From: a virus
Taxonomy: Duplodnaviria > Caudoviricetes
Length of the DNA: 40,229 nt
IMG/VR virus record: IMGVR_UViG_3300037478_000195
Coordinates: 1-40,229 of that record
Strand: one strand, 5' to 3'
This document shows positions 23,517-33,148 of the stretch, in pieces; within the stretch, counting starts at the first letter, position 1, and every line of letters begins with the position of its first letter. The notes under the pieces are model-generated. The model saw only the letters and a program-made list of their open reading frames with translations. It had not been told where the DNA came from and did not search any database. Position numbers and translations under genes: made by a program.

Positions 23517-23684
23517 ATGAGCTGGCTTGTTGCGCTACTGGTTAAGCCGCTTGCGGCTCTCGTCCTGTTCGGGCTGATTTGCCTGCCGGCCAGAAGACTG
23601 GTGCAGCGCATGCCGCCCTCTCGTCTGCGGTCCCTACTGCTGCGTCAGATCGGCGGCAGAAAGTCCCGCAGGAATCGACCCTAG
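23517..23684 (+). CDS. 55-aa membrane peptide, moron-like, possible superinfection exclusion
   Basis: MSWLVALLVKPLAALVLFGLICLPARRLVQRMPPSRLRSLLLRQIGGRKSRRNRP. TAGAAT -10 box lies 6 nt before the ATG. Opposite strand to the late genes. Confidence 0.6.
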   Translation: MSWLVALLVKPLAALVLFGLICLPARRLVQRMPPSRLRSLLLRQIGGRKSRRNRP

Positions 23685-25205
23685 CGGGGCCATGCGCGGG
23701 AGCGCTGGGCCAACCGCGCGGCCGATCATTTGCGTTCCGGTGGACGCGCCACGCGCGGCAGCCGACACGGGCGCACTGAGGTACGCGCGAGTTAACAGGT
23801 TCGTAGGGATGCTTGCCAGATAATCGGCGGCCCCGAGCTTCCGCGTAGCCGTCCCTGAGTCCCCCACGATGCCGGGGAATGCCTGGAAGAAGCGGGCTGC
23901 GTTGTACATGTCGGTATCGTTGCGGCCCATCGTGAAGCCGCCCCGGTCCTTGCTCATCAGTGCATTGGCAAGCGAGCGGCCTTGCACATTGCCGCTTGAC
24001 GGGTTCACTACGTTCGTTTTGGCCGTCAGGCTCATGAGGTTTCGGTACTGCCCGCGTGCCTCGCCAAATGACTTTTGCAGCGCCCCGGGCAGGGCCGACT
24101 CGATGGAGTCATCAACCAACTCTTTCGCCTGGAAAAGGGCGGCGCCAAGCTCTCTGTCCCCCATCGGACTGGTCATGGCGTTCTTGGCTGCCTTGCCCAT
24201 CTTGCTCGATAGTGAGCGCAGCTGCTCACCAGTCGCCCCGCCCTGGAATGCGAACTCATCAAATCGCTGAATGAGCGCGTTGTCGGCCAAGCTGGCGTTG
24301 TTGCCGATCAAGCCGTCTGTGTCGCGCACCAGTCCTGCAAGCGCGTTTGTCACCTTGGGATCAATCGGCACGGGGCCGATGTTCTTTACTTGGTCAAACA
24401 CCTTGCCGATTCGTTGCTCGGCTTGCTGAAGCACGGGGGCGCTCAGCTCGTCTGCGTTCTCGCCAATTGCCTTCGCAGCAGCCCGGTTCAGGGCCGCCTG
24501 ATTCTGGTTTCTGACCGCATCGAACCCGCCCGATGTCATGGGGTTCGACTCAAGCGCGGCCTCAACTTTTTGCAGGGCGCGGCTGCCTGTTTGCTGGCCG
24601 GGCGTTGCCTTCATGCCCAGCGCTTCCGCCTTCCTCAGCGCAACCTCCTGCCCCTTGGACAGGTTCGGCTTGCCGATCTGGGCGAGCTTGTTGCCGATGA
24701 CGTTGGCCACCTTCTGCCCAGCCGCTCCAGCTGCCGCACCGAACCCCGTATTCGTCAGCGTCTCACGAGTGCTCACAGACGGCTGCGCCGCGCCAGCCAC
24801 GGCGCCAACCACGCCAGCCCCCGCAACCGTATTGGCGCCCGGGATCATGGCCGTGGGCGCGAGCATCGCCACATTCCCAACGATGTTCCCTACTGTGCCG
24901 GCCGTCGTGTTCATCAGCGGCGCGTCCAGCCTGCGCGACTCGGCAACGTCATCCCGACTCACCATGCCGAGCCACTGACCGGCCCCGCGCCCAACATCGG
25001 CGAATGCTTTGCCGACGCCAGCCAATCCACGCTCTACGCTTTCCGGTGTCTTGATGCCGGTGTCCCATGGGCCGAATTGCAGCGTGCCGCCGCCTGCGCT
25101 GGGGTCGTATGGCGGCGCTTCAGGCTGCGAGTATTTCGCCCAAGGCCCATCCTCGGCAGGAGCCGCAACAGGTGCTGCGTACTTCTCCCAAGGCCCCGAT
25201 GCCAT
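23634..25205 (-). CDS. DNA ejection / internal virion protein (P22 gp16 position)
   Basis: GPWEKY/GPWAKY N-terminal repeats, Gly/Ala-rich helical, third of three ejection-type genes. Confidence 0.75.
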   Translation of the reverse strand: MASGPWEKYAAPVAAPAEDGPWAKYSQPEAPPYDPSAGGGTLQFGPWDTGIKTPESVERGLAGVGKAFADVGRGAGQWLGMVSRDDVAESRRLDAPLMNTTAGTVGNIVGNVAMLAPTAMIPGANTVAGAGVVGAVAGAAQPSVSTRETLTNTGFGAAAGAAGQKVANVIGNKLAQIGKPNLSKGQEVALRKAEALGMKATPGQQTGSRALQKVEAALESNPMTSGGFDAVRNQNQAALNRAAAKAIGENADELSAPVLQQAEQRIGKVFDQVKNIGPVPIDPKVTNALAGLVRDTDGLIGNNASLADNALIQRFDEFAFQGGATGEQLRSLSSKMGKAAKNAMTSPMGDRELGAALFQAKELVDDSIESALPGALQKSFGEARGQYRNLMSLTAKTNVVNPSSGNVQGRSLANALMSKDRGGFTMGRNDTDMYNAARFFQAFPGIVGDSGTATRKLGAADYLASIPTNLLTRAYLSAPVSAAARGASTGTQMIGRAVGPALPRMAPLGSIPAGLSAADLTQQ

Positions 25206-26494
25206 TACTGCTTCTCCCAATTCTTCGCATCGCCTGGATCACCGCCCTTGAATCGGTATCCGTTCTCAATCGTGCCCTGTTTTGGCCCGCCAGCAGGCGC
25301 TGCACCACCAGAGCCGCCGCGCTGAATCTTTATCCCGCCGCGGTCCTCGTAGGTTCCCTTTACAGTGTCAGACACCCCAGCGGCGGCGTTGGCCTTGACT
25401 AGCTCGAACCTATTTCGCAGCTTGACTAGGCCGCGGCGCAATGCGTCATCTGACTGAGCGCCAGTGCCCAACTCTTCCACCATCCTGCGAAGTTCCTGGT
25501 CCGTCACGGCGGCGCCAGAGCGTGCCTGGAGCACAATGTTCCTGATCTGCGCGATGGATTGGCGCACGTCACTGCCTTCGTCTGTCAGCATGGCGGCAGG
25601 CAGTAGGCCGGCAACCCGACCGACGCCGGGGATAGGCTTGTCTTTGTAGCGACCGACAGCGCCCTCGGCCATGGAAAGCGCCGACTCGATCTCGGGGATG
25701 CCTTCCTTTTGCAAAGTGTCAGCGAACTTGGTCACCGCCTTTTCGTCGGCCGCCTCTTTGCGCGTTGATGCGGCGTTGTCTTTGGTGACTTGCGTCAGCT
25801 CTCGCAAGCGCGCGTCGTTGATGTCTTGCCCGCGCATCTGCACAGATCGGTTCGCTGAGCCTTCTGAACGGATGCGCTGATCGACGCGCCGATTGTTCTC
25901 GGCCATCTCCGTGAACTGCATCAGCTTCAGGCGCTCTTCCATCTGCGCCTTGATGGACATTGCCTTCTGCTGGTTCTCGGCCACGGCCTGCGGGTTGTAC
26001 ACGGGATCAATCTTGTCGGCGTACTGCGGTAGTGCTGCCGCGATCTGCTGGCGAGCCCGGTCATAGGACGCCTGATCGGTCACGCCGCTCATGGCTTGGC
26101 CGATCACCTCGAACATCTGGAGGCCGGTTTCTAGCTTTGTTTTCTCTGCGGTGGCCGTGTCCTTCTGGACGGTGGCAGCGGCCTTTTGCTTCTCCTGCAT
26201 GGCCTTCTCCAGCGCGTCGGCCTGCTGGAATCCGCCCGGAAGACCCGTGCCCTTGAGTGCGCCAATTCGCGCCTCGTCGGTCGCCCCGGGGCCGAGCCCC
26301 ATCAGCGCGTTGCGCAGCGTGGCCTGGTCCTGCATCGCCCGCTCGCGGTCCTGGAAGCTCAGTTGCCCAGCCTTCAGCGACATGGCGTTCTGCTGAATCT
26401 GCTGCTTCTGTAGGTCGTTGCGCGCAAAGTCGGCCTCATAGTCCGACACGGAGCGCAGGGGGTTCTGCCGGTACATGGAGGTGTCGATAGGCAT
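25205..26494 (-). CDS. DNA ejection protein (P22 gp20 position)
   Basis: Gln-rich helical, RSGAAVTDQE motif, C-terminal GYRFKGGDP...NWEK. Confidence 0.75.
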   Translation of the reverse strand: MPIDTSMYRQNPLRSVSDYEADFARNDLQKQQIQQNAMSLKAGQLSFQDRERAMQDQATLRNALMGLGPGATDEARIGALKGTGLPGGFQQADALEKAMQEKQKAAATVQKDTATAEKTKLETGLQMFEVIGQAMSGVTDQASYDRARQQIAAALPQYADKIDPVYNPQAVAENQQKAMSIKAQMEERLKLMQFTEMAENNRRVDQRIRSEGSANRSVQMRGQDINDARLRELTQVTKDNAASTRKEAADEKAVTKFADTLQKEGIPEIESALSMAEGAVGRYKDKPIPGVGRVAGLLPAAMLTDEGSDVRQSIAQIRNIVLQARSGAAVTDQELRRMVEELGTGAQSDDALRRGLVKLRNRFELVKANAAAGVSDTVKGTYEDRGGIKIQRGGSGGAAPAGGPKQGTIENGYRFKGGDPGDAKNWEKQ

Positions 26495-26495
26495 G

Positions 26496-27215
26496 TCAGT
26501 ACCCCCACTGGCTTACGTCAGCAAAACCGCCGCCAGATGGAGCGGCCCACCCGGCTCCAGTGGCCTGATACTGCGCCGGCTGCTGCTGTTGGTTGTACCA
26601 AGCCGCACCCTGGTTCAGGGCATTCCCATAGATGTTCGCCCGAGCCATGCCGCTGGCCGCCTGGGCGTTCGCCGCTCCCATCATGTTGTTGCCGGCCATG
26701 TTGGCGTAGTTCTGACCCGCCGCGCTGTTGGCGGCGTTGATCTGCTGGCCGGTGCCCGCGAGACCGGACAGCCGGTTGAAGATGTCCGACTGCTCCATGC
26801 GGTTGCGGTCGAAGGCCTGGCCGTACTTTGTTGACGCGTAGTCCTGGGCGTATCGAGTGCCGGCCTTGAGCGCGGCGCCTCCGATGCCGCCGCGGGCGGA
26901 TGCGCTGTTGTCGATAGCGCGCATGCCCTCGTTCATGCCAAAGGCGTACCCCGGCTCGTTCTGCACGTTGGTGCCGGCAAAGCGGCTCGTCAGGCTGCCG
27001 TCGTTGAGGAGGCCGGTCAGCTTGTTGAGGGCCTGCTCACCGGCCGCTCTCCATGGCGCGTTGTCCTCGCGCGTTTGCTCGAATTGCGCATAGCCAATAT
27101 CGGTAGCTCGATTCGCTGCGTCCGCCTGCGTTTGCGCGCCTTTCTTGGCCGCGTTTGAACCCATCACGCCGGATACAAGCGTAGCCCCGGCAACTGCCAC
27201 CATTCCCCAGCTCAT
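26496..27215 (-). CDS. DNA transfer protein (P22 gp7-like)
   Basis: Hydrophobic Gly/Ala N-terminus, PGYAFG...SASARGG motif. Confidence 0.8.
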   Translation of the reverse strand: MSWGMVAVAGATLVSGVMGSNAAKKGAQTQADAANRATDIGYAQFEQTREDNAPWRAAGEQALNKLTGLLNDGSLTSRFAGTNVQNEPGYAFGMNEGMRAIDNSASARGGIGGAALKAGTRYAQDYASTKYGQAFDRNRMEQSDIFNRLSGLAGTGQQINAANSAAGQNYANMAGNNMMGAANAQAASGMARANIYGNALNQGAAWYNQQQQPAQYQATGAGWAAPSGGGFADVSQWGY

Positions 27216-27670
27216 AGCAGCCCCCTATGTTGCTTTGCGGCCTCGATCACCTCGATTTCCGGGATGATGTGCTCCGCCTCAATTTGCTCAATGTCTTGCG
27301 TGTCGGTTGGATTGAGGTGCACCGTGACAAAGGTCGTGTCTTCGACCGCATGCACCACCCGCTTTGCCCCCGGTTGGGACACGTGGACAAACCCAGCGGC
27401 AACTTCTTGGGCGCCGAATTCGGTAACGATCTTTGCTCTGCCTTTGAGCACCATCATTAGGTGCTCGTGCTTGTGCTTTTTGCCGACTACCAACATTCCG
27501 GCAGGCATAGAGAACTCCCGCGCGTACATGCCTTTTGCGTAGTGGTGCGTTGCTTCCGGCATGTCGCACTGGATCGGCAGCATCTCGTCTTGCAGACGGA
27601 GGATGCGCTCCCGCATCACCGCTTGGGGCACAGCCCAGCCACACGTAAAGCCTGTGACCTCGTAGCTCAT
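27212..27670 (-). CDS. Cupin-fold protein
   Basis: HHYAKGMYARE...GKKHKHEH...PGAKRVVHAVEDT..VTVH. Confidence 0.75.
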   Translation of the reverse strand: MSYEVTGFTCGWAVPQAVMRERILRLQDEMLPIQCDMPEATHHYAKGMYAREFSMPAGMLVVGKKHKHEHLMMVLKGRAKIVTEFGAQEVAAGFVHVSQPGAKRVVHAVEDTTFVTVHLNPTDTQDIEQIEAEHIIPEIEVIEAAKQHRGLL

Positions 27671-28233
27671 ACGGCAATCCCGTTCGCAACTAGTGCTGCG
27701 CGCAGCTGGTTCACAAGCGCCGCGGTGTCGTTGATGATTCCCTGCTCGGTTGCGGTGTAGGCCGCACCGGCGGTCCCGGCCACCGCGGCATTGACGCTTG
27801 CGGCGGCCTGGGCTGTTTGCCCGTTGCAGCCGAACGTCCCGGTCGTCACGGCGCCAGAAAAAACACCAGTCGTTGACACGATGCCGGCGCTGTATGTGTG
27901 CAGAGCCGTCCACGTGGGCGCGATGCCCTGGTTAAGGGGCGGCGCAGCATCGGAGCGCATGAACGTCGCCGCGCTGCCATTGGTTGCGGACAGGCCGACA
28001 CTTGCGGTCGGGTTCGCCCCCACCGGATAGGACGGGACGGCGAATGAACCATCGGCGCGCAGGAACTTGGTCGTGGTGCCGTCGCCCCCGAGACTGCCAA
28101 TCGGCACAGATCCAGTACCGGCGCCGATGAAGTCAAACACAGAGCGCGTCCACCCCTTGGCGCGCTCGGTCAGCGTGCCGTCAGGGTTGCTCCATGCCGC
28201 CGTGGGCTCGAAGTTGCGAACGCGGTTAGCCAA
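27667..28233 (-). CDS. Putative tail needle/plug (P22 gp26 position)
   Basis: Follows the gp10-like gene, fibre-like TKFLRADGSFA motif, C-terminal VNQLRAALVANG. Confidence 0.55.
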   Translation of the reverse strand: MANRVRNFEPTAAWSNPDGTLTERAKGWTRSVFDFIGAGTGSVPIGSLGGDGTTTKFLRADGSFAVPSYPVGANPTASVGLSATNGSAATFMRSDAAPPLNQGIAPTWTALHTYSAGIVSTTGVFSGAVTTGTFGCNGQTAQAAASVNAAVAGTAGAAYTATEQGIINDTAALVNQLRAALVANGIAV

Positions 28234-29611
28234 GATAGGCCCCCGTTACGTTACGCCTCACCGGGTCCGTGATGGTCACTTCGAACACCATGCGGCGCCC
28301 GCCACCAACACGGCGCCACACGGCGCGCTTGCTGTACTCGCCAATCGCTCCAAAGCTGCGCCACAGCGAGTTGGACCACGTTTTGCCGCCGTCCTTTGAC
28401 CACCTCAGCATTGCTTGAGGATCAGACCCCTGCCCGGTCGTCAGGCCAACGCCTGTATCCATGTCGAGCTGGAAAGACACGGTTTTCTGCACCTCCAGGC
28501 CTTGCTGCAAAGTCGAGCAAGAACGAATTGCAGGCAGCGGGTTGCCGTTGTCGCTGTAGGCGCCAAGGTCGTATTCGTAGATGTTCCCGTTCTCGTAGTC
28601 GCCCACGAGGTTCATGCCGGCAAAGTAGAGGTGGCACCTCGGCCTGATGCGATGCAGGGCGCCAGAGGCGTGCAAATACGCGCGCTGATGCCACTCGCCC
28701 GTGCTGATGTCGTACACCCACGTTTCATTGCCGGAGACGGAAGACAGCACATAGAAGGCGTGGCCCTCTTGGCTGTACGTAAACGCCTCTGCGTCGGTCA
28801 TGTCGGGCCACTGGCTGATGGCGTACTCGATGGCCGGCGTTGAGATGGGGCGTGGCGCCCCGCTTTCCACCATCCACACGCGGCCGGCGCCGTTCGAGTC
28901 ACCGCCCAGCCAAATCACTGAATCAATCTCGGCGATTGAATCCTTGGCGAGACAGCCCACCTCGAATGAGCTGCCGTCGATGCGGGAGAACGGATTGTCT
29001 GCGCCACCAGAGTCGTACCAGGAGCGAATGGATTTGCGCCCGAGCAGGTACATCGTACGGCGCGCCACCTTGAGGCCCACCAGGATATCCGGGGCGCTGT
29101 TGTCGGCCTGGATATTCAGCGGGTCGAATGTGATCGAGACAGCATCCGACCAAATGAACCGGTTGCTGTCGTTCTCGTTCGCAACAAAGTGATCGTCGAG
29201 GAAATCGACCATACCAATGTTGGATTGAATGAGGGCCGAGCTTGTCCCCGTCAGGGTGAGCGAGTAGAGGCTGCCGGATGACGTGATGAGAATATCGCTG
29301 CCACTCCCGACAATCTGTACCGGGCGTGCGTCGTCAGGAACGGTGCCGATGATCGTAGGGGCGCCAGCTGCCGTTAGCTTGTAGACGTTTCCCCCACAGA
29401 CCCATATCGACGTGTTGTCGTCAACACCATAGGTGCCTCGCATGCCGCCACCCGATAGGGTGGCCCACGGAGCGCTGAGTCCGGGTGTTCCGACTAGCAA
29501 AGCAGGCTGTTTTCCCTTGCCTGGTTCGAGCATCCAGTTAACGCAGCGTTGCGCGCTGTAGTTGTCACTGCGCCCCTGGTAGGCCGGGCCGATGAACGGA
29601 AACGGCGTCAT
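28226..29611 (-). CDS. Packaged-DNA stabilization / tail hub protein (P22 gp10-like)
   Basis: GTPGL start, YSQEGHAFYVL, WVYD..TGEWHQR, LRWSKDGGKTWSN, G.IGEY..R..WRR.G. Confidence 0.9.
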   Translation of the reverse strand: MTPFPFIGPAYQGRSDNYSAQRCVNWMLEPGKGKQPALLVGTPGLSAPWATLSGGGMRGTYGVDDNTSIWVCGGNVYKLTAAGAPTIIGTVPDDARPVQIVGSGSDILITSSGSLYSLTLTGTSSALIQSNIGMVDFLDDHFVANENDSNRFIWSDAVSITFDPLNIQADNSAPDILVGLKVARRTMYLLGRKSIRSWYDSGGADNPFSRIDGSSFEVGCLAKDSIAEIDSVIWLGGDSNGAGRVWMVESGAPRPISTPAIEYAISQWPDMTDAEAFTYSQEGHAFYVLSSVSGNETWVYDISTGEWHQRAYLHASGALHRIRPRCHLYFAGMNLVGDYENGNIYEYDLGAYSDNGNPLPAIRSCSTLQQGLEVQKTVSFQLDMDTGVGLTTGQGSDPQAMLRWSKDGGKTWSNSLWRSFGAIGEYSKRAVWRRVGGGRRMVFEVTITDPVRRNVTGAYLG

Positions 29612-30306
29612 ACCCAGTCCGACGTGATGTCGCTGCGCCCGCCCCTGCCGGGCAGATCGAGCTGCGGGACACGCGCATTGGTGCGCTTGAGCATGCGCTT
29701 GGCGCTCATGTAGAGCTGCACAACAAGCGGGGATGGTGCGACGTTGAAATCAGACGCAATCTCCACCGCAAGGCCGTTCTCAATCATCCGTTGATAGCCG
29801 GGGGCAAAGTTGTATGCGGTGCTGGTGTCTGTCGCCTCGCCGCCTGGGGCCGGGCTCAACAGGTGCACCTCAACAGCGGATGCGACCGGGGGCCAGAAAT
29901 AAACATTCCCCGTGGGAGTGCCGCCGTCGTAGAAGCAGATTTCAGGCGCGACGGCGTTGAGCGTGGACTTCACGCTGATGGCGTTGTATTCCTGCTCAGA
30001 AACCGGCTCCAGAGGGTAGTCAATGTTGTTCAGGCGGCTGAATGAGCCCTTGAGGAACTCAACCGGGCGAACCATGGCAATCTGCTGCGCAGCACCAACC
30101 GTGCGGGATGCCGTATTCGCTGGCAATGTGAAGGTGGTTCGCGTCGTGGTGTAGTTGAAGATGTTCTCGTTCTCAAGCGCAGTCATCAGCGCGTTGAGCC
30201 GGCTCAGACACACCTGCGCATCCTCGGCCGATGGCGTCTCGCCGGCCGCGAGCACGTTGTTCTTGCTCATGGCCGCCTTGATGAGATCGAGGGCGGTAGT
30301 GGCCAT
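29608..30306 (-). CDS. Head-tail adaptor (P22 gp4-like)
   Basis: TALDLIKAAM...AGETPSAED...L..LN, LAVEIA. Position before gp10. Confidence 0.8.
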   Translation of the reverse strand: MATTALDLIKAAMSKNNVLAAGETPSAEDAQVCLSRLNALMTALENENIFNYTTTRTTFTLPANTASRTVGAAQQIAMVRPVEFLKGSFSRLNNIDYPLEPVSEQEYNAISVKSTLNAVAPEICFYDGGTPTGNVYFWPPVASAVEVHLLSPAPGGEATDTSTAYNFAPGYQRMIENGLAVEIASDFNVAPSPLVVQLYMSAKRMLKRTNARVPQLDLPGRGGRSDITSDWV

Positions 30307-30308
30307 GT

Positions 30309-30524
30309 TTACCCCTTACGTGGCCGGCCGGGCTTGCGTTTTTCTACGGCGACAACTTCCGCGATGAACTCGTCAGTTGTCAACGTTTGCTTGACAACTG
30401 GAGCCGCTCCGGCCTTCTGCTCTTTTGTGCGCGGCCACTTGACCCAACCTTCGGCCTGGAGCTTGTCAGCCTCGCTGTCCGCGACGTGCCTGTTTCCGAG
30501 CGATGCGTGCTTCACGTAGGCCAT
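30309..30524 (-). CDS. Small virion-associated hypothetical protein
   Basis: EGW motif and KRKPGRPRK tail. Confidence 0.7.
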   Translation of the reverse strand: MAYVKHASLGNRHVADSEADKLQAEGWVKWPRTKEQKAGAAPVVKQTLTTDEFIAEVVAVEKRKPGRPRKG

Positions 30525-30564
30525 AGAGATGCGGGCGCCCCGCTATAGAGCGCCCGCCCTTTCA

Positions 30565-31074
30565 TCAGGAGGTTGCGAAGCCGCTGGTGGTGGTGCCTGC
30601 GCCCTGCACCAGACCCTCGACATACCACTGCGTTGCGTTGATGCACGTGAATCGCAGGGTTGTGCCAATCAGGCCGCCCTCGGTGTCCGCATCCAGCGTG
30701 ATAGCCACGTGAGACGTGCCGTCACCAGTGAACACGTCACCAGAGGTTGCAACCGTAGGGTCTCCCACCATGTACGCGCCCAGCAGGTACACCGTTGCAG
30801 CGTTGGTGATGATCTTGTAGGCGTTGGTGCTGGTGCGCGAGACTGTCGCCACAAACTCAAACTGCATGCCGACGACTGGCGCGGGCAGCGTGAACGTGAC
30901 GCCCGTTGCGACATCAAGCAGGCACAGCGCGCCAGACTCCTCCGGGAGAAGGGTGCGGGTTGCGCCGACGCCGCTGATGACCTCGCGGTGAAGACCTGGA
31001 GCGATGCAGCCACCAGGAGCGCCGTAGCTGAGGCGCTCCAGAACGCTGGAGATTGCCGAAGAATTGGAAGCCAT
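30565..31074 (-). CDS. Putative capsid decoration/auxiliary protein
   Basis: RBS GGAG directly after the coat gene, beta-rich, FTLPAPVVGMQFEF. Confidence 0.65.
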   Translation of the reverse strand: MASNSSAISSVLERLSYGAPGGCIAPGLHREVISGVGATRTLLPEESGALCLLDVATGVTFTLPAPVVGMQFEFVATVSRTSTNAYKIITNAATVYLLGAYMVGDPTVATSGDVFTGDGTSHVAITLDADTEGGLIGTTLRFTCINATQWYVEGLVQGAGTTTSGFATS

Positions 31075-31085
31075 TTTGTTTCTCC

Positions 31086-32312
31086 TTAAGCGTTCGCGGC
31101 GCCGATGATTCGGCAGCCCCATTCAGGGCGAAGGGCGGCCATGCCGTACAAGATGTCCACGCGCATCAGCAGCTCGTCGTTGCGGATGTCGGATGCCATC
31201 CAGACGCGCAGGCTGAGGTTGTCCATCTTCTTGCGAACGCACTTCTGCGCATCGTCAAGCAGCGGCAGATCAGCCGTGATGAACTGGTACGCCTCTTTGT
31301 GGTACATCAGCTGCTGCACGTAGCTGGTGCTTGCATTTCCGACAAGAGTGATGTCGTCGCCATCGGTCGGTGCGCCGGAACAGTTCTGCCGCGGGTCCGT
31401 GGTGTCATAGATCAGCGCAGGGCTAAAGTTGATCGTGGTGGTCGTCGCCGACGTAACCACAAACTGCTTCAGGTGCGCATAGGCGGTCTTGGTTTCCGGG
31501 TGCACGTCGTACGTACCCTCCACCGTGAAGACTGCGCCCACGGCCGGGGCGGCAGTGAAGCCATCCACGGTTAGCGCAGTAATGCCGCTTGTGAGCGTGC
31601 CATTGTTGATCTCGCCCGCCACGTCGCCAAGGTTCGTCAGCGTCCACATGCGGTCGTTCTCGTACCAGTCGGCCATGGCCGTGCGGCCGAGCATGCCTTC
31701 GCGGTACTGCTCCTTGATCTGGGCGGAGTCTTGGAACAGGCCCTTGAGGCCATTGACCATCCCGCCCATGGCGATGGAATCGCACTGGATGTAGCGATTG
31801 CCGTCCTTCGGGGCCAGCGACTGGTTCAGCTTGGCTCGTGCGGCACCCACGGCCACCAGGTCGGTGAGCGCGGTTCCGGCAGTCCCGGCCAAGTTGTACG
31901 TGGCCTTCGTGCAGTAAGCCAAGAAATCGGCCTCGATTCCGGAACACATCACAGCAATGGCGGGCTCGATGTAGTTCTTCGACAGCGCGTCGAACGCTCC
32001 ATCGTTGTCAACGGACTGGATCAGCTCCTGAGAGTTGAAGCGCATATCCACGCCGTCTTGCGTAGCGACAGTGATGGTCTGCGTTTGCTCGTTCTGGTCC
32101 TGCACGTCCATGACGCGCGAGCCCTGACGGCGCTTGTACTGGTTCGGCGACTTGACCCGAAGCGTCGAGCCATGCGGAGCACGGCCGCTGCCGGACATGG
32201 TGAACGACTCGTCGAACTGGCGATCAACGGTGCCGATGAAGGAGAGCTTTTCATGCGCGATGCGCAGCGACTCCTTGGCAACGAGGTCGGTTACCTTGAA
32301 AAGGTTGGACAT
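31086..32312 (-). CDS. Major capsid protein (P22 coat-like, HK97 fold)
   Basis: 408 aa after the scaffold, with YHKEAY...ADLP and RVDILYG...RPEW motifs. Confidence 0.92.
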   Translation of the reverse strand: MSNLFKVTDLVAKESLRIAHEKLSFIGTVDRQFDESFTMSGSGRAPHGSTLRVKSPNQYKRRQGSRVMDVQDQNEQTQTITVATQDGVDMRFNSQELIQSVDNDGAFDALSKNYIEPAIAVMCSGIEADFLAYCTKATYNLAGTAGTALTDLVAVGAARAKLNQSLAPKDGNRYIQCDSIAMGGMVNGLKGLFQDSAQIKEQYREGMLGRTAMADWYENDRMWTLTNLGDVAGEINNGTLTSGITALTVDGFTAAPAVGAVFTVEGTYDVHPETKTAYAHLKQFVVTSATTTTINFSPALIYDTTDPRQNCSGAPTDGDDITLVGNASTSYVQQLMYHKEAYQFITADLPLLDDAQKCVRKKMDNLSLRVWMASDIRNDELLMRVDILYGMAALRPEWGCRIIGAANA

Positions 32313-32323
32313 GATTCAATTCC

Positions 32324-33070
32324 TCAGCGTCTGTTGGCGATCTGCTCACGACGCCTCTTCACGAAGTCCTTGTCCTCAAGATCAGCGAGCGCCCTTGATG
32401 CGCCGGCCGACCCGCGAACCTCCTGAAGCGGTTTCGGAGCGTTGCTTGTCTTTTTCGCGCCCGCCTCGGCTAGCTCGCGCTCGATTCGGTCGAGACGCTT
32501 TGCCAACTTGATCGGGCCCAGGTCCGCCAGCTCTTCCGCGATTTCCGGGTTTTTTCCCAGGTGGTACAGCAGCTCGGTCGGCTTCTCTGACACCTCCAGC
32601 ACCACCTCCATGAACGGGCTTGGTGTCCCGTCGCGCCTCACAAAGTCCCCGACCTCTGCGGCCAAGTCCTTCAATGCGCCCATGTAATCGGCGTGCTTTT
32701 TGGTGCCCTGCTCAACCAAGCTGTTTGCCTTCTCAGCGAAGCGCTCAGCCCGGGAGATTTCCCTGGCCAGCGCCATCGGATCTGGCTTGTCCCGCGGTTC
32801 TTCTGGCTTCTCTGACTTCGCTTCCAGCTCCGCCAATCGCGCCTTCAGCTGTTCGTTTTCAGCCTTGGTGCGGTAGACATCAGCTGTCCGCTTGTCGATG
32901 CGTCTTTGCATCCGCTTGAGCGCTTTGTCGGCGTCATCAGCCTCATCGGACTGCGCCTCATGCTCCGCATCTGCATCAACTGCTTCCGGGGCCACCAAGT
33001 CCGGCGTTTCGGTGTCAGGCGCTGGGTTTTGAGTCTCTGCGTCAGGCGAGACTTGGGCTTCAGTGCTCAT
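32324..33070 (-). CDS. Scaffolding protein
   Basis: Acidic N-terminus, QRRIDK coiled coil, LLYHLGKNPE, SNAPKP, basic C-terminal helix. Confidence 0.85.
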   Translation of the reverse strand: MSTEAQVSPDAETQNPAPDTETPDLVAPEAVDADAEHEAQSDEADDADKALKRMQRRIDKRTADVYRTKAENEQLKARLAELEAKSEKPEEPRDKPDPMALAREISRAERFAEKANSLVEQGTKKHADYMGALKDLAAEVGDFVRRDGTPSPFMEVVLEVSEKPTELLYHLGKNPEIAEELADLGPIKLAKRLDRIERELAEAGAKKTSNAPKPLQEVRGSAGASRALADLEDKDFVKRRREQIANRR

Positions 33071-33103
33071 TGAGTCCAATGATTCATGCCGTCAAGCCCC
33101 GGC

Positions 33104-33148
33104 AAGTGAGCGCTTACACACTAAGCGTAACTTAGTGGTCGCTAACTT
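33104..33148. promoter_or_regulatory. Two late-module palindrome copies plus a hairpin upstream of the scaffold gene
   Basis: AAGTGAGCGCTTAC at 33104-33117, CACTAAG-N5-CTTAGTG at 33119-33137, GTGGTCGCTAACTT at 33135-33148. Confidence 0.55.

Noticed and set aside
30531-30557. GC hairpin GCGGGCGC...GCGCCCGC after the decoration gene as a strong terminator or ncRNA
   Set aside because: It lacks a clear U-tract on the coding strand. It may be a weak terminator or stabiliser, but support is insufficient.
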